From assembly GCA_041739665.1 (NCBI GenBank), contig JBGSNK010000022.1, positions 75 to 64,074 of the forward strand: 64,000 nucleotides of DNA, written 5' to 3'. Below, piece after piece: positions 8,863 through 19,234 of this stretch; the stretch's first letter is position 1; each line of letters opens with the position of its first letter. The translations under genes and the position numbers were made by a program. A model generated the notes under the pieces. The model saw nothing but the letters and a program-made list of their open reading frames with translations, was not told the origin of the DNA and did no database searches. This DNA comes from Bdellovibrionales bacterium. GTDB lineage: Bacteria > Bdellovibrionota > Bdellovibrionia > Bdellovibrionales > JAGQZY01.

Positions 8863-10016
8863 AGAGAAAGCTCAAAAATTTGTTGCGATTTTTTAAGGTC
8901 GATTTTTCGATTTTCTCCAATTTGGGTAAAACCTTTATCATTCAAACGCTCTACCATGGTGGCTATATCCTGCTGACTGACACCGTAATAGCTCATTTGA
9001 GTTTTGATACCCATGGCTTCAAAAAAACTTTGGGTTTTATCGATCGCCTCGGCAATCACTTCGGACTCGTCTTCGCCTTGAATGTTCCAGACGCGACGGG
9101 CATACTGCAAAAGTTTGTCTTTCTTATCCACACTCATCACACGCAATGTGCTTGGTAAAATGATGGCCAAGGTTGTGCCGTGGGCTAAGCCAAACTCGGC
9201 TGTGAGTTCGTGACCAATCATATGAGTGGCCCAATCTTGGGGAACACCACAACCAATAACTCCGTTTAAAGCCATCGTCGCGCACCACATAATATTGGCA
9301 CGAATGTTATAATCTTCAGGAAGAGCCAGTGCCTTTGGGCCCTCTTCAATAAGGGTGGTGAGTATGGATTCAGCAAATCGATCTTGCAAAGGAGCATGAA
9401 CCGGGTAGGTCAGATACTGTTCGGTGACATGTACAAAAGCATCGACGACACCATTGGCAATTTGTTCCCGAGGTAGTGAGTAAGTGTATGTAGGATCCAA
9501 AATGGAAAATTGGGGGTAGAGGTCCCGGTGCATAAAGCCGCGTTTTTCTTTGCTAGCTTTGCGGGTGATGACCGAGGCGCAATTCATTTCGGAACCTGTG
9601 GCAGGAAGAGTGAGAACTGTCCCAAAGGGAACCTTGTGCCCCTTGGTGTCCACGCTCTCACTGACAATTGTCCACTCATCACCTTCAAAGGGAGCGGCGA
9701 CAGAGACAAACTTGGTTCCATCAATCACCGAACCGCCACCCACAGCGAGTAGAAAATCCACTTTTTCTTTACGAACTATCTCGACGGCTTTCATCAGGGT
9801 TTCAAAAGTGGGGTTGGGCTCAATACCGGAAAACTCGACAACATCATATTCCGCTAAAGCCGAGCGGACAGCCTCGTAAACTCCATTTTTTTTGATCGAT
9901 CCACCGCCATAAAGGAGCATAACCCTATTCTGTTTGGGAATTTCGCTGTGCAAATGCTGCACTTGCCCTTCGCCAAAGTGAATGCGAGTGGGATTCCAAA
10001 GCGTAAAGTTATTCAT
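8859..10016 (-). CDS. yqhD: Iron-containing NADPH-dependent alcohol/aldehyde dehydrogenase
   Basis: NPTRIHFG, GGGS, GGGSVIDGTK, ATGSE and DWATHMIGHELTA motifs. Confidence 0.9.
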   Translation of the reverse strand: MNNFTLWNPTRIHFGEGQVQHLHSEIPKQNRVMLLYGGGSIKKNGVYEAVRSALAEYDVVEFSGIEPNPTFETLMKAVEIVRKEKVDFLLAVGGGSVIDGTKFVSVAAPFEGDEWTIVSESVDTKGHKVPFGTVLTLPATGSEMNCASVITRKASKEKRGFMHRDLYPQFSILDPTYTYSLPREQIANGVVDAFVHVTEQYLTYPVHAPLQDRFAESILTTLIEEGPKALALPEDYNIRANIMWCATMALNGVIGCGVPQDWATHMIGHELTAEFGLAHGTTLAIILPSTLRVMSVDKKDKLLQYARRVWNIQGEDESEVIAEAIDKTQSFFEAMGIKTQMSYYGVSQQDIATMVERLNDKGFTQIGENRKIDLKKSQQIFELSL

Positions 10017-10032
10017 AAAGACTCCTTAAAGC

Positions 10033-10398
10033 TTAGATGAATTTGTATTCAACAGTCAGTATGGCCAATAAAACCAAAGCCATGAGAGACAAAAGAGGCA
10101 GTTTGCTGCTGGGGTTTTGTTTGTAAAAAATAACAGGGTACATGCCAAGAATAAGCCAAATAAGAATTTTAATGTAGGGCCAACCCATTGTGAATTGAAA
10201 GCCACCTCGAGCCATCAATCCAAAACCTGCAACAAAAGAAAGCAGAAGACCGATGCCGTGGAAGGCCGAAAAAAACTTTCGGTTTTTAAAGTTTTCTTTG
10301 CTGCCGCCCTGCAGTCGGTGAGAGGCGATGGCCCCTAAACTCATGAGCATTAAAAATAGGCCAGAAAAGTGTAGAATCTTGTAAAAAGTGTAAGACAT
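10033..10398 (-). CDS. Small four-TM membrane protein (SirB2-like)
   Basis: YKILH...HGIGL...W..IK pattern; four hydrophobic segments. Confidence 0.6.
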   Translation of the reverse strand: MSYTFYKILHFSGLFLMLMSLGAIASHRLQGGSKENFKNRKFFSAFHGIGLLLSFVAGFGLMARGGFQFTMGWPYIKILIWLILGMYPVIFYKQNPSSKLPLLSLMALVLLAILTVEYKFI

Positions 10399-10607
10399 TT
10401 GCCGTCTCCCGTTGGTGTTTTCTCAATTGTTTTAGACACTAAACCCTCTCGTAGAGACTGGCAATAAGGACCGAGTTTAGTGGCTATTGCCGCCTTGCAT
10501 TTAGCCTTTGCTGGGACATCAAATAAGTGACTTCCTCGTTGACAATCGCGTCAAACCCAGCGACACAAGGGTCACTAAAAACCAATTGAATATAAGGAGT
10601 ACGAACC

Positions 10608-12668
10608 ATGTCTCAGATGATTGAGCAGATTGGAATTGTTGCACCTGTTGCTGGCGGACTGGGTTTAGTCTTTGCCATGTTCCTCTACATGAGAAACATG
10701 AAGCTATCTACAGGTGATGAGAAAATGACGGCCATTGGAGAAGAGATTCATCTCGGTGCCATGACCTTTATGAAAGCCGAGTACAGACTGTTGGCGATCT
10801 TTGTTGTTGCTGTCACAGCAATTCTTTACCCGGTTAAAGGTTGGGAAACTGCCGTAGCCTTTTTGTTTGGTGCTGTCACTTCTGGGACAGCTGGTTTCAT
10901 TGGTATGAAGGCGGCCACACGCTCAAATGTTCGCACCGCCACAGCGGCTAAAGAAGGTGGTATTGGTCCGGCTCTTCTCGTTGCTTTCCGCGGCGGAGCT
11001 GTGATGGGCTTGTCTGTTGCCTCTCTAGGACTTGTTGGTTTGGGTGTCTTCTACTTTATTTGGGGCCAGTATGTGGACACGGTTGGTGTGATCTCTGGTT
11101 TCTCTATGGGAGCTTCTTCAATTGCTCTTTTTGCTCGCGTGGGTGGAGGTATTTTCACCAAAGCTGCCGATGTGGGCTCCGATCTAGTTGGTAAAATCGA
11201 AGCCGGTATTCCCGAAGATGATCCTCGTAATCCAGGTGTGATTGCCGATAACGTTGGCGACAACGTGGGTGACGTCGCCGGTATGGGTGCCGACATTTTC
11301 GAATCCTATGTGGGAGCCATGGTGGCCACAATTGCAATTGCGGCCACTATGGGTAGCGATGCTATGGCCCTTCTTCATCCCGGTGGAGAACCTGCCAGAG
11401 CTTTGATTATGGCGCTTCCTTTAACTCTTTCGGTTTTGGGCTTAGCCTCTTCTTTTGTTGGAATCATTGGCATGAACATTTTCAAATCGTTGCCTCCAGC
11501 AAAAGCTTTGCACGTCTCTGAGTACACCGCAGCTATTGGTTTTCTGGGTTTAACAGCTTTGAGTATTGTCACTTTGGGCTTTGAGTTCTCTGTGTTTTAT
11601 CCCATTCTTGCTGGTACAATTGCTGGTCTTGCTATTGGTTATGTCACTGAGTATTACACGGCAAAAGGTCCAATCCTTCGCATTGTCGAAGCTTCTAAAA
11701 CAGGTCCTGCAACGAACATCATTACTGGTTTTGCTGTGGGCCTTGAGTCTTGTGTGTTCCCCTTGATGATACTTGCCGCCACTATTTATGTTTCAAACAA
11801 TGTGGCGGGTCTCTATGGTATCGCCTTGGCTGCGGTTGGAATGCTTGCCACTGTGGGTGTAACTATGACCATTGATGCCTATGGACCTGTTGCGGACAAC
11901 GCCGGTGGTGTTTCAGAAATGGCTGGTCTTGGTCCGGATGTCCGCAAAATCACCGATGAGTTGGATGCGATTGGAAACACGACAGCTGCCATGGGTAAAG
12001 GTTTTGCCATTGGCTCAGCTGCCTTAACAGCTTTGGCTCTTTTCGTCGCTTATGGCTCATCCGTGAATGCCCTTCGTATAGCCGCTGGTATGAACCCTCT
12101 CACTATGGACATTACCGATCCCGTTGTTGTGATTGGTTTATTCTTAGGTGCTATCGTTCCTCTGTGGGCAGGTGCTATGACCATGACCTCCGTTGGAAAA
12201 GCAGCCGGCGCTATGGTCACTGAAATCCGTCGTCAGTTCCGCGAAATTCCTGGTCTGCTCGAGGGAACGGGTAAGCCCGATACAGCACGTTGTGTGGAAA
12301 TTTCCACCAATGCGGCTTTGCGAGAGATGGTCTTGCCTGGCCTTCTTGCTGTGGTGGCACCGGTTGTTGTGGGCTTAGCTCTCGGACCGGCCGCTTTGGG
12401 AGGAATGTTAGCCGGTGCGACAGTCACGGGTGTTGTTTTGGCTCTTTTGATGTCAAATGCAGGTGGAGCTTGGGATAATGCTAAAAAAGCTATTGAAACA
12501 GGATCTATCCCTGGCGAGAAAAAAGGATCAGACGCTCATAAAGCCACCGTTGTCGGTGATACTGTGGGCGACCCGTTCAAAGATACGACGGGTCCTGCGA
12601 TGAACATCCTTATCAAGTTGATGTCCATTGTGGCCCTTCTCTTGGCATCTGTTATCGCTTTAAATTAA
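10608..12668 (+). CDS. hppA: Membrane-bound K+-dependent (probably Na+-translocating) pyrophosphatase
   Basis: [40 protein letters not shown] (Ala signature of K+ dependence) and [11 protein letters not shown]. Confidence 0.95.
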   Translation: MSQMIEQIGIVAPVAGGLGLVFAMFLYMRNMKLSTGDEKMTAIGEEIHLGAMTFMKAEYRLLAIFVVAVTAILYPVKGWETAVAFLFGAVTSGTAGFIGMKAATRSNVRTATAAKEGGIGPALLVAFRGGAVMGLSVASLGLVGLGVFYFIWGQYVDTVGVISGFSMGASSIALFARVGGGIFTKAADVGSDLVGKIEAGIPEDDPRNPGVIADNVGDNVGDVAGMGADIFESYVGAMVATIAIAATMGSDAMALLHPGGEPARALIMALPLTLSVLGLASSFVGIIGMNIFKSLPPAKALHVSEYTAAIGFLGLTALSIVTLGFEFSVFYPILAGTIAGLAIGYVTEYYTAKGPILRIVEASKTGPATNIITGFAVGLESCVFPLMILAATIYVSNNVAGLYGIALAAVGMLATVGVTMTIDAYGPVADNAGGVSEMAGLGPDVRKITDELDAIGNTTAAMGKGFAIGSAALTALALFVAYGSSVNALRIAAGMNPLTMDITDPVVVIGLFLGAIVPLWAGAMTMTSVGKAAGAMVTEIRRQFREIPGLLEGTGKPDTARCVEISTNAALREMVLPGLLAVVAPVVVGLALGPAALGGMLAGATVTGVVLALLMSNAGGAWDNAKKAIETGSIPGEKKGSDAHKATVVGDTVGDPFKDTTGPAMNILIKLMSIVALLLASVIALN

Positions 12669-12685
12669 TTCGTTGTTATTTTAAG

Positions 12686-12705
12686 AGGGGTGTTTTAACA
12701 CCCCT
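12686..12705 (+). terminator. Hairpin after hppA
   Basis: aggggtgtt-tt-aacacccct stem followed by a short T run; abuts the next ATG at 12709. Confidence 0.55.
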
Positions 12706-12708
12706 TTA

Positions 12709-13725
12709 ATGGCTGTTGTAAGTTCCCTACAAATTCCCCACGAACTCGATGCTCCTGCGGCACTTAATTGGTTTCAAAAATCGATTTTTCAAGACATTCC
12801 GCCCTATTTTATGACCCACTGGAAGACGGGTAAACGTTTTTTCTATGCTGGAGATGCCCTTATTGCCTTTGAAGAAACTAAAAAGTACTTTGTTGTGGCT
12901 GGTGAGCCATTAGTGGCCGCTGGTTCAGAGGATGTTGAGATCCTGCGCGCCTTTGAAGAGTTTGCGCGTCGACAAAACAAACAGATTTGTGGTTACTATG
13001 TGAGCCAGCAGTGGCGTTGGCCAAGCTTTGTGAAAAAACCACTTGGAACCAGTATCCGCATTGACTTAGCAGACTTTGATTTAAGTTCTCCAGAGGCTTC
13101 CGAGGTGAGACGGGCCCTGCGCAAGGGCCAAAAGTTAGATTACAATGTCATTCCCATCTACCAAAGACAGCGCAAACACGACACAAAAGTCAGTGTTTTA
13201 TTTAAGAGTTGGCGCAAATCAAAAGCCCCTTTTTACCTCAAGTTTTTCTTATCTAAACCAAAAGCCTCTAGCCCTGTGTCCTCCTACGAAGAGTGGTTTA
13301 TCGTCGAAAAAGAGGGCAAGGCCTTAGCCTTCTGTAGTTTGTTGCCCTATTTGCGCGATGGAGAGTTGGGGTTTTATATGGACCACTTGGTTCATAGTCC
13401 CGGTCAAGATAGCCAAGCTCTGAGTTTCTTAATTTCTTTTTTAATCGAAATATTAAAAGAAGAGGGTGTGCGAGAGCTCAATCTTGGTCTCAACCCTTTT
13501 GCCAAAATCGAGAAAAAGGGATGGTTCGAACGACTTTTTTCTTGGTTCTATAAGTTTCCATTTTTGTATCGCCCGCAAGGTCTTCATTTTTTTAAAAAGA
13601 AGTTTAGCGGCATTGAAGAGAACGAGTATTGTTTTTTTCAAGCGAATAAAAGCAAATGGTCGGGGCTAGCCCATATGGCGCGGGTGACCCTTATCAATGG
13701 TATACCTTCCAAAGGAAAGTTCTAA
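12709..13725 (+). CDS. Stand-alone phosphatidylglycerol lysyltransferase C-terminal (DUF2156, MprF-like) domain protein
   Basis: VVAGEPL, LGTSIRIDL, LNLGLNPF and YRPQGLHFFKKKF motifs; no flippase TM domain. Confidence 0.75.
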   Translation: MAVVSSLQIPHELDAPAALNWFQKSIFQDIPPYFMTHWKTGKRFFYAGDALIAFEETKKYFVVAGEPLVAAGSEDVEILRAFEEFARRQNKQICGYYVSQQWRWPSFVKKPLGTSIRIDLADFDLSSPEASEVRRALRKGQKLDYNVIPIYQRQRKHDTKVSVLFKSWRKSKAPFYLKFFLSKPKASSPVSSYEEWFIVEKEGKALAFCSLLPYLRDGELGFYMDHLVHSPGQDSQALSFLISFLIEILKEEGVRELNLGLNPFAKIEKKGWFERLFSWFYKFPFLYRPQGLHFFKKKFSGIEENEYCFFQANKSKWSGLAHMARVTLINGIPSKGKF

Positions 13726-13913
13726 TGATTTATCTTGTCGTCATAGGATTTGTTATCTTTCTGACCCTCGGTTATTTTTTCTTGATGTTCGTTTTTCCCG
13801 AGTGGGTTGGGATTTCTGGCGAAGATACTAAAAAAGCCATCGATTCCCATCGAGGCGATGCTTCCAGCGAGACCAATCCTTCACCGCAATCATCTGAACC
13901 GGAGGACTTCTAA
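13725..13913 (+). CDS. Small membrane protein
   Basis: TAATG coupling with the upstream stop; N-terminal TM helix followed by FPEWVGISG. Confidence 0.6.
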   Translation: MIYLVVIGFVIFLTLGYFFLMFVFPEWVGISGEDTKKAIDSHRGDASSETNPSPQSSEPEDF

Positions 13914-13971
13914 CCTTTCACATTTCAATTTCTTGAAAGACAGCAGTTAACCAGCGCCTTTTTGCTTCTCA

Positions 13972-16900
13972 CTATTGTGGTTCTAAGCAAATGCGCATCA
14001 AGCCCCAGTCTCCGTCGGATGGCGACGTCAAATTGAAACCTAGGATAACACGATTCAGTTGATCTTTGACCATTGAGACTGAGGTCGCATTCACACCTCC
14101 CGGCCATGGATGATAAATGTAACCCGAGCTACCAAAGCTAGTGTCTAAAGTTCCGTTGCTATTGATTTTTGCAATACCCAACTGCTGTTGGGAGCTAATC
14201 GTGGTGGTAAAGAAAAAATAGAGACTACCATTCACAATTTCTTGGCCCGCAATATCTCCACTTGCAGAGCCAGAAGGAGTCAGCGACATGATGCCGGTTG
14301 TGTTCCACGAGGTGTCGAGTACGCCTGAGCTGTTCGCCTTAATTAAATAGATTGTATTACTGCCAACGGCCTTCCCACTCACATAAATATTCCCAGCTGA
14401 ATCCTGCACTAATTTTCTGGCCAGAGCAGGCTCGCCAACATAAACAAGCAATTCACCATTTGTTCCAAAACTTGTGACAACGGATCCATCACTTGTGTTG
14501 TATTTTTTGATCGAAAAATGCCACCCCGCAGGGTTACGCTCTGAAGTTATATACATTTGTGAATTATCCGCTGTGAAATCGGTCTGGTATCCAAACTCGT
14601 CACCGGCGAGTGACGACATGAGGTAACCACTCACTCCAAATCCTGACACAATCGATCCTGATGAGGAATCAAAGCGGGTCGCCGCCATATCTGCTGCGTT
14701 TGGAACGGTCATGGTAAGTACGTGACCCGTTTGTAACAGTATTCCATTTGAACTGACATAAAGCCCATCGCCACTGGTAACATTTGGATTACTTGCGACA
14801 CCACTTGTACCAAAACCAGTTATTAGGTTTCCATTTAAGTCCATTTTAGCAATTCGCCTACCACCGCTACCGTTAACACCGACATAGATTTCGTCATTGT
14901 AAATTTGTATACCTTTTCCATTGCTGCCAACTCCAAAATCATGGACTCTAAAACCGCTAGTGCCAAAACTGGTGTCGATGTTTCCCTGCTGATCAAGTCT
15001 CGCAATGACGAGATCGTTATAGGTGCCGTTACTCGCCCAACCGGACAGATAGATCCTACCCATAGAGTCACGGGCAAAAATCGACGAGGTGTATTGGTTG
15101 AGGTTGCTGACCGAGCCATAGTCAATCTGGGCAAAGCCATTGGTGGCAAAGCTGTCGTCCACAGCACCATTGATACCGTGGCAAAGTTCCACCTTTGTTT
15201 CTTTTAAGTTATCACCAAGCTGCGCAGTCGAGAGACGAGAGACATTGTCCCCAAGGCCCAATTGACCCATTTGGTTGTCCCCCCAACACTTAAAGCGACC
15301 GTCTGTTGACAAAGCGCAAGCATGACTATTGCCAAGAGACACCTTGGTTGGAATAAAGCCAGTTCCTAGGTCTATGGGGCTTTGGGCCGCGATCTCTCCA
15401 GTGCTGTCTCCAATATGCTCAAATACATCTCCATATCCAAGAAAACCATTAGTATTATATCCCCAGCACTTTAGGGCGTCATCACTCATGATGGCGCAAA
15501 ACTTACCGCCGTCTGCGACCGAATCCTGGCCATAAATTTTTTTGACAAGTCCGGTGCCTCCAAAATCAATATCCGGAATATTTTGCATTTCACCGGGGTC
15601 GTTGCCAATTTCATCATTGGCAGGATAGCCAAGTGCACCGGCCCAATCGTCGCCCCAACACTTAACTTTCCCATTGGAAAAAAGTGCGCAATTGGTTTTG
15701 TGGTTGCTCGCGATGTCGATGACATCCATATCGATTCCAAAATCGATGACCGGGGTATTTGCAATTTCAGCATCGCTGATGGTCAGCGTGTTGCCTTGTC
15801 CATTTTGACCGTCTGCAGAGACACCAAAGCATTTAACCCGAAGGTTACTGAGAAGGGCACAGCGCCCCGATATTTTAAGGGCATGCAAACCCACTCCCCA
15901 ATTGATGGGATTGTTGACATTATGGGCGGGGTTCCCCCAACACCTAGTTTCGTTGTCCTCAAGAATGACACAGCCATCCGGACCTGGCCAGCCATCATGG
16001 TAGGAGACCTGGCGTATGCCTTTGCCAATACCAAACTGAAGGGGATCAAGATTGTCGCCAAGTTCACTGGGTGTACTGCCGAGACCACGACCCATAATTT
16101 CCGAACTGCTAGCACCACCAAAGGCACCATTTTGATCGAGACCATAACAGCGCAATTCCCCAGTGGTTGTCACAGAACAGGTTTGACGGTAGTAGTTTGT
16201 GACACTTTTGACAAGCACGCCCGTTCCCCAGTTGATAAAGTCCATGGATTCTAATTCGTCGGGTTCGTCCCCTTTGTTAAAAATTGCGGTGAAACCATCA
16301 CTCCCAAGGTGTCCAACAAAATCTCCGAGGCAGCTCACTTGGTTATTGTCTAATACAAAACAATTTGTCTCTTGCTCGCTAAAGTTTTTAGCGCCTAAAG
16401 ACAAAAGTTTTCGACCAGAACCTAAATTAAAATAAGGAAGGTTGTCTCCCATTTCCAAGGGATCATCACCAACATATGTTCCAAAAGAAAGGGGGCCCGC
16501 TTCACCAGATGCATTTTTCCCCCAACATTTCATCAGGTCATCAGCGGTTCTCACACAAGTGGAGCCTGCATTGATTTTGATATCCTTCACAACAATGGGG
16601 GCGGAAGCAGAGGTGCCAATGTCGACAAAGGGAATGTTGTCACCAATCGTAGTCGGTGATTGTCCGTAGGGAGTCCCACCTTCGGACCCAAGGAGACCGC
16701 CCAAGGACCCCCAACATTTAACCCTGTCATTCCCAAGAATAGCACAAGAGTGATCGCGACCGGCCACCACTTTTTTAACGGTCCAAGGTTGTCCAAAGCC
16801 GTCGTTACCCAGATCGACAAAGGGAAGGTTGTCACCCATAGTGCCATCTTGGTGTCCACGTGTGTTAGTGTCACCATATCCAAGGCGGGTGCCGCGCCCC

Positions 16901-19125
16901 CAACACTTAATCCTATCATTATCTAAAATAGCGCATTGATGCTCTAAACCAACTGATATGGATTTGACGGTGCGACCAGTGCCTAAGTTAAGGTTAGTTA
17001 AGTTATTTCCCATATCAGAAATCGTATCGCCAATCTTATCATTGTTCTGATAACCCATGCCGTATGTACTAGGGGGAGAGCCCCAGCATTTGACTTGATC
17101 TAAATTGGTGATCACACAACACCTTCTTTCACCGCAAGAGATGTCTTTAGCCGTTAATCCCGTCCCAAAATCCACGTAGGGGAGGTTATCACCCATGTTA
17201 CTCGGGCTGGTCCCCAAAGAGCCTACGCCAGGTTGTCCCAACTGGTAATGATTGTTTCCCCCCCAACATTTGACTCCGGCATTATCCAAAAGGGCACAAA
17301 AGTTACGTTGGCCGCCAGTTAGTTTTTGCGCTGTTCTTGAGCTTCCCAAATTAATAATGTTTAAGTTGTTGCCCATTTCCCCGAGATTATCCCCTAAATT
17401 GCCAAGGTCCTGTCCATTACCATTGGACTCATTATTTCCCCAGCATTTAACCTGACCACTGGCAGTCAGAGCACAAACTGCAGAACCACTGCCCTCCACG
17501 TCTACGGCATTAAAGCTACCAAGATCTATGAGGGGAAGATTATCACCGGTTTCATCATCTGTATCACCAAACAGGTTTCCATCGGTGTGCCCAAGAGCGC
17601 CAAAGACACTTTCTCCCCAGCACTTGGACTTGGATCCATCGTAAAGAGCACAAGTGGCATTGTATCCAGCTTGAATGTCTTGAACAAAATTTTCGCTGGC
17701 GTCGTTATCAAGAATTTCAACACGTAGACTAGCGGGAACACCCTGGTTGTCATGTATTTTTGTGGCTACGACAAGATAGTCTTCGGTCAATTCTGAAACA
17801 GAGTCATCGAGGGTCACAACAGCTGCCGTTTGAGTGGTATTGTTGGCCGCAATCGTCAAGGTCCCAGAAGCGTCAGTGTAATCTGAAGGGGCCACAGCCG
17901 TCCCATTGATTGTGCGATAATCAAAGCTTAAGTCCACAGGACATGCTGACCCTAAGGTGAAAGTGAAGTTTTGGGTGTTCCCCTCAAAAACAGCCGAAGA
18001 ATCCACACTGACCGTAACCGTTGGCACATCGTTTTCAACAATCTCAATTGAGGCACTCTCATCACCGGGTGTTGCGACTGTGGCGTTTGCAATTGCAGAA
18101 AGAGTGGTCGTCAAATTCTCTCGCAACTCGCATTGAACGGCATCATCAATGGTTGTAATAGGGATCAGAGTGGAAAGATTGTTTGGCAAAATTGTACCAC
18201 TCCCTCCGGTCACAGATGTAAAGTCGCCAGGCGCTACGGCTGTGTCGTCAACAGTGTCGTAATTAAAGGCTATACTCCATTCGCTTAGAGCACTTAAAGT
18301 GACAACGAGATTTGCGATTTCGCCCTCGGTTACGCTCGTTCCAGACAGATAAATATTGGGCGGATCATCGTTGTCTAAAATATTTTGAGTGGCCGTTGAC
18401 GAGCCAAGCGTTGCATTTGTTGCATTTGAGATCACGATATCAAAATTTTGCGCAGGCTCATCAATAGCATCGTCAAGAGTGTTGACACTGATATCAAGGC
18501 TTGTGACACCTGGAGCAAGACTTGCCGGAGCACCGACAAGGGCCACATAATCGCTGGCGGAAAGAGCTGTTCCGTTAGCAGTGCTCACATCAAAACTAAC
18601 TGTTTTGTTATTACAGGCTGCAGACAGACTGACCGTTGCAACGGCATTGATCCCCTCAACAACGTCGGCTCCGCTACTAATCGACAATACGGGCAAATCA
18701 TCGTCTTGAATGGTCCCGATGCCAAAAGTATTTTTAATCACTCCATAGGTGGGGTTAGAAAGTTCTAAGTTAAATGCGACATCATTTTGACAAACAGTTA
18801 AAACGTCTAAGGATGAGACAGTAATAGTTCCACTTGTATCACCTGGAGCAATCACCAGAGTGCCTGATGTCGCGCTGTAATGGGTCCCAGCCAGCGCTGT
18901 GCTGTTTGAAGCCATATAATCCACGCTGAGTGGTGCCGATGCTTTGCGATTAAGACTCACCGTAAAAACTAAATCATTTCCCTCGACCTCAGAAACATCA
19001 TCAATCGAAATCTCAATGGCCGCCCGGCCCCAAATGGCAAACGGAACAAACTGGCCCAAAGCCCGAACAGCAAGGAGGCTACATAGAGTTATAGCCAGTG
19101 AAAATGGGATTAATTTTAGGCTCAT
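13972..19125 (-). CDS. Large secreted protein: Calx-beta repeats, RCC1-like repeats and C-terminal delta-60-like beta-propeller
   Basis: Signal peptide; about 4 Calx-beta units (V.EG...DY...SGTL.I); about 14 C.....VKCWG repeats with GD..GEMGDNLP; repeated LDTSFG..G units. Confidence 0.85.
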   Translation of the reverse strand: MSLKLIPFSLAITLCSLLAVRALGQFVPFAIWGRAAIEISIDDVSEVEGNDLVFTVSLNRKASAPLSVDYMASNSTALAGTHYSATSGTLVIAPGDTSGTITVSSLDVLTVCQNDVAFNLELSNPTYGVIKNTFGIGTIQDDDLPVLSISSGADVVEGINAVATVSLSAACNNKTVSFDVSTANGTALSASDYVALVGAPASLAPGVTSLDISVNTLDDAIDEPAQNFDIVISNATNATLGSSTATQNILDNDDPPNIYLSGTSVTEGEIANLVVTLSALSEWSIAFNYDTVDDTAVAPGDFTSVTGGSGTILPNNLSTLIPITTIDDAVQCELRENLTTTLSAIANATVATPGDESASIEIVENDVPTVTVSVDSSAVFEGNTQNFTFTLGSACPVDLSFDYRTINGTAVAPSDYTDASGTLTIAANNTTQTAAVVTLDDSVSELTEDYLVVATKIHDNQGVPASLRVEILDNDASENFVQDIQAGYNATCALYDGSKSKCWGESVFGALGHTDGNLFGDTDDETGDNLPLIDLGSFNAVDVEGSGSAVCALTASGQVKCWGNNESNGNGQDLGNLGDNLGEMGNNLNIINLGSSRTAQKLTGGQRNFCALLDNAGVKCWGGNNHYQLGQPGVGSLGTSPSNMGDNLPYVDFGTGLTAKDISCGERRCCVITNLDQVKCWGSPPSTYGMGYQNNDKIGDTISDMGNNLTNLNLGTGRTVKSISVGLEHQCAILDNDRIKCWGRGTRLGYGDTNTRGHQDGTMGDNLPFVDLGNDGFGQPWTVKKVVAGRDHSCAILGNDRVKCWGSLGGLLGSEGGTPYGQSPTTIGDNIPFVDIGTSASAPIVVKDIKINAGSTCVRTADDLMKCWGKNASGEAGPLSFGTYVGDDPLEMGDNLPYFNLGSGRKLLSLGAKNFSEQETNCFVLDNNQVSCLGDFVGHLGSDGFTAIFNKGDEPDELESMDFINWGTGVLVKSVTNYYRQTCSVTTTGELRCYGLDQNGAFGGASSSEIMGRGLGSTPSELGDNLDPLQFGIGKGIRQVSYHDGWPGPDGCVILEDNETRCWGNPAHNVNNPINWGVGLHALKISGRCALLSNLRVKCFGVSADGQNGQGNTLTISDAEIANTPVIDFGIDMDVIDIASNHKTNCALFSNGKVKCWGDDWAGALGYPANDEIGNDPGEMQNIPDIDFGGTGLVKKIYGQDSVADGGKFCAIMSDDALKCWGYNTNGFLGYGDVFEHIGDSTGEIAAQSPIDLGTGFIPTKVSLGNSHACALSTDGRFKCWGDNQMGQLGLGDNVSRLSTAQLGDNLKETKVELCHGINGAVDDSFATNGFAQIDYGSVSNLNQYTSSIFARDSMGRIYLSGWASNGTYNDLVIARLDQQGNIDTSFGTSGFRVHDFGVGSNGKGIQIYNDEIYVGVNGSGGRRIAKMDLNGNLITGFGTSGVASNPNVTSGDGLYVSSNGILLQTGHVLTMTVPNAADMAATRFDSSSGSIVSGFGVSGYLMSSLAGDEFGYQTDFTADNSQMYITSERNPAGWHFSIKKYNTSDGSVVTSFGTNGELLVYVGEPALARKLVQDSAGNIYVSGKAVGSNTIYLIKANSSGVLDTSWNTTGIMSLTPSGSASGDIAGQEIVNGSLYFFFTTTISSQQQLGIAKINSNGTLDTSFGSSGYIYHPWPGGVNATSVSMVKDQLNRVILGFNLTSPSDGDWGLMRICLEPQ

Positions 19126-19131
19126 TTAATG

Positions 19132-19158
19132 ATATCGGATTAAACCACTGTATGTTTA
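19132..19158 (-). promoter_or_regulatory. Putative sigma28 (FliA)-like promoter
   Basis: TAAA-N15-TCCGATAT on the minus strand, 6 nt before the ATG at 19125. Confidence 0.65.
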
Positions 19159-19234
19159 GGATTGGAGGACGTTTTCTCAATCTAAAACAAATAAAAAAAG
19201 CTCAGCAACAGAAGCTAGTTACCTAACGCGCTCT

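Noticed and set aside
9124..9132. Isolated TTATCCACA in yqhD
   Set aside because: A single copy inside a coding sequence is compatible with chance.
15250..17650. Diversity-generating retroelement or DNA-level tandem repeat in the RCC1 region
   Set aside because: The repeats are degenerate at the DNA level; there is no template/variable repeat pair differing only at adenines and no reverse transcriptase.
14835..18768. Numerous antisense and alternative-frame ORFs inside the giant RCC1 gene (likewise inside hppA, tex and fusA)
   Set aside because: They are shadows of the codon bias of long real genes, with no motifs or translation signals.
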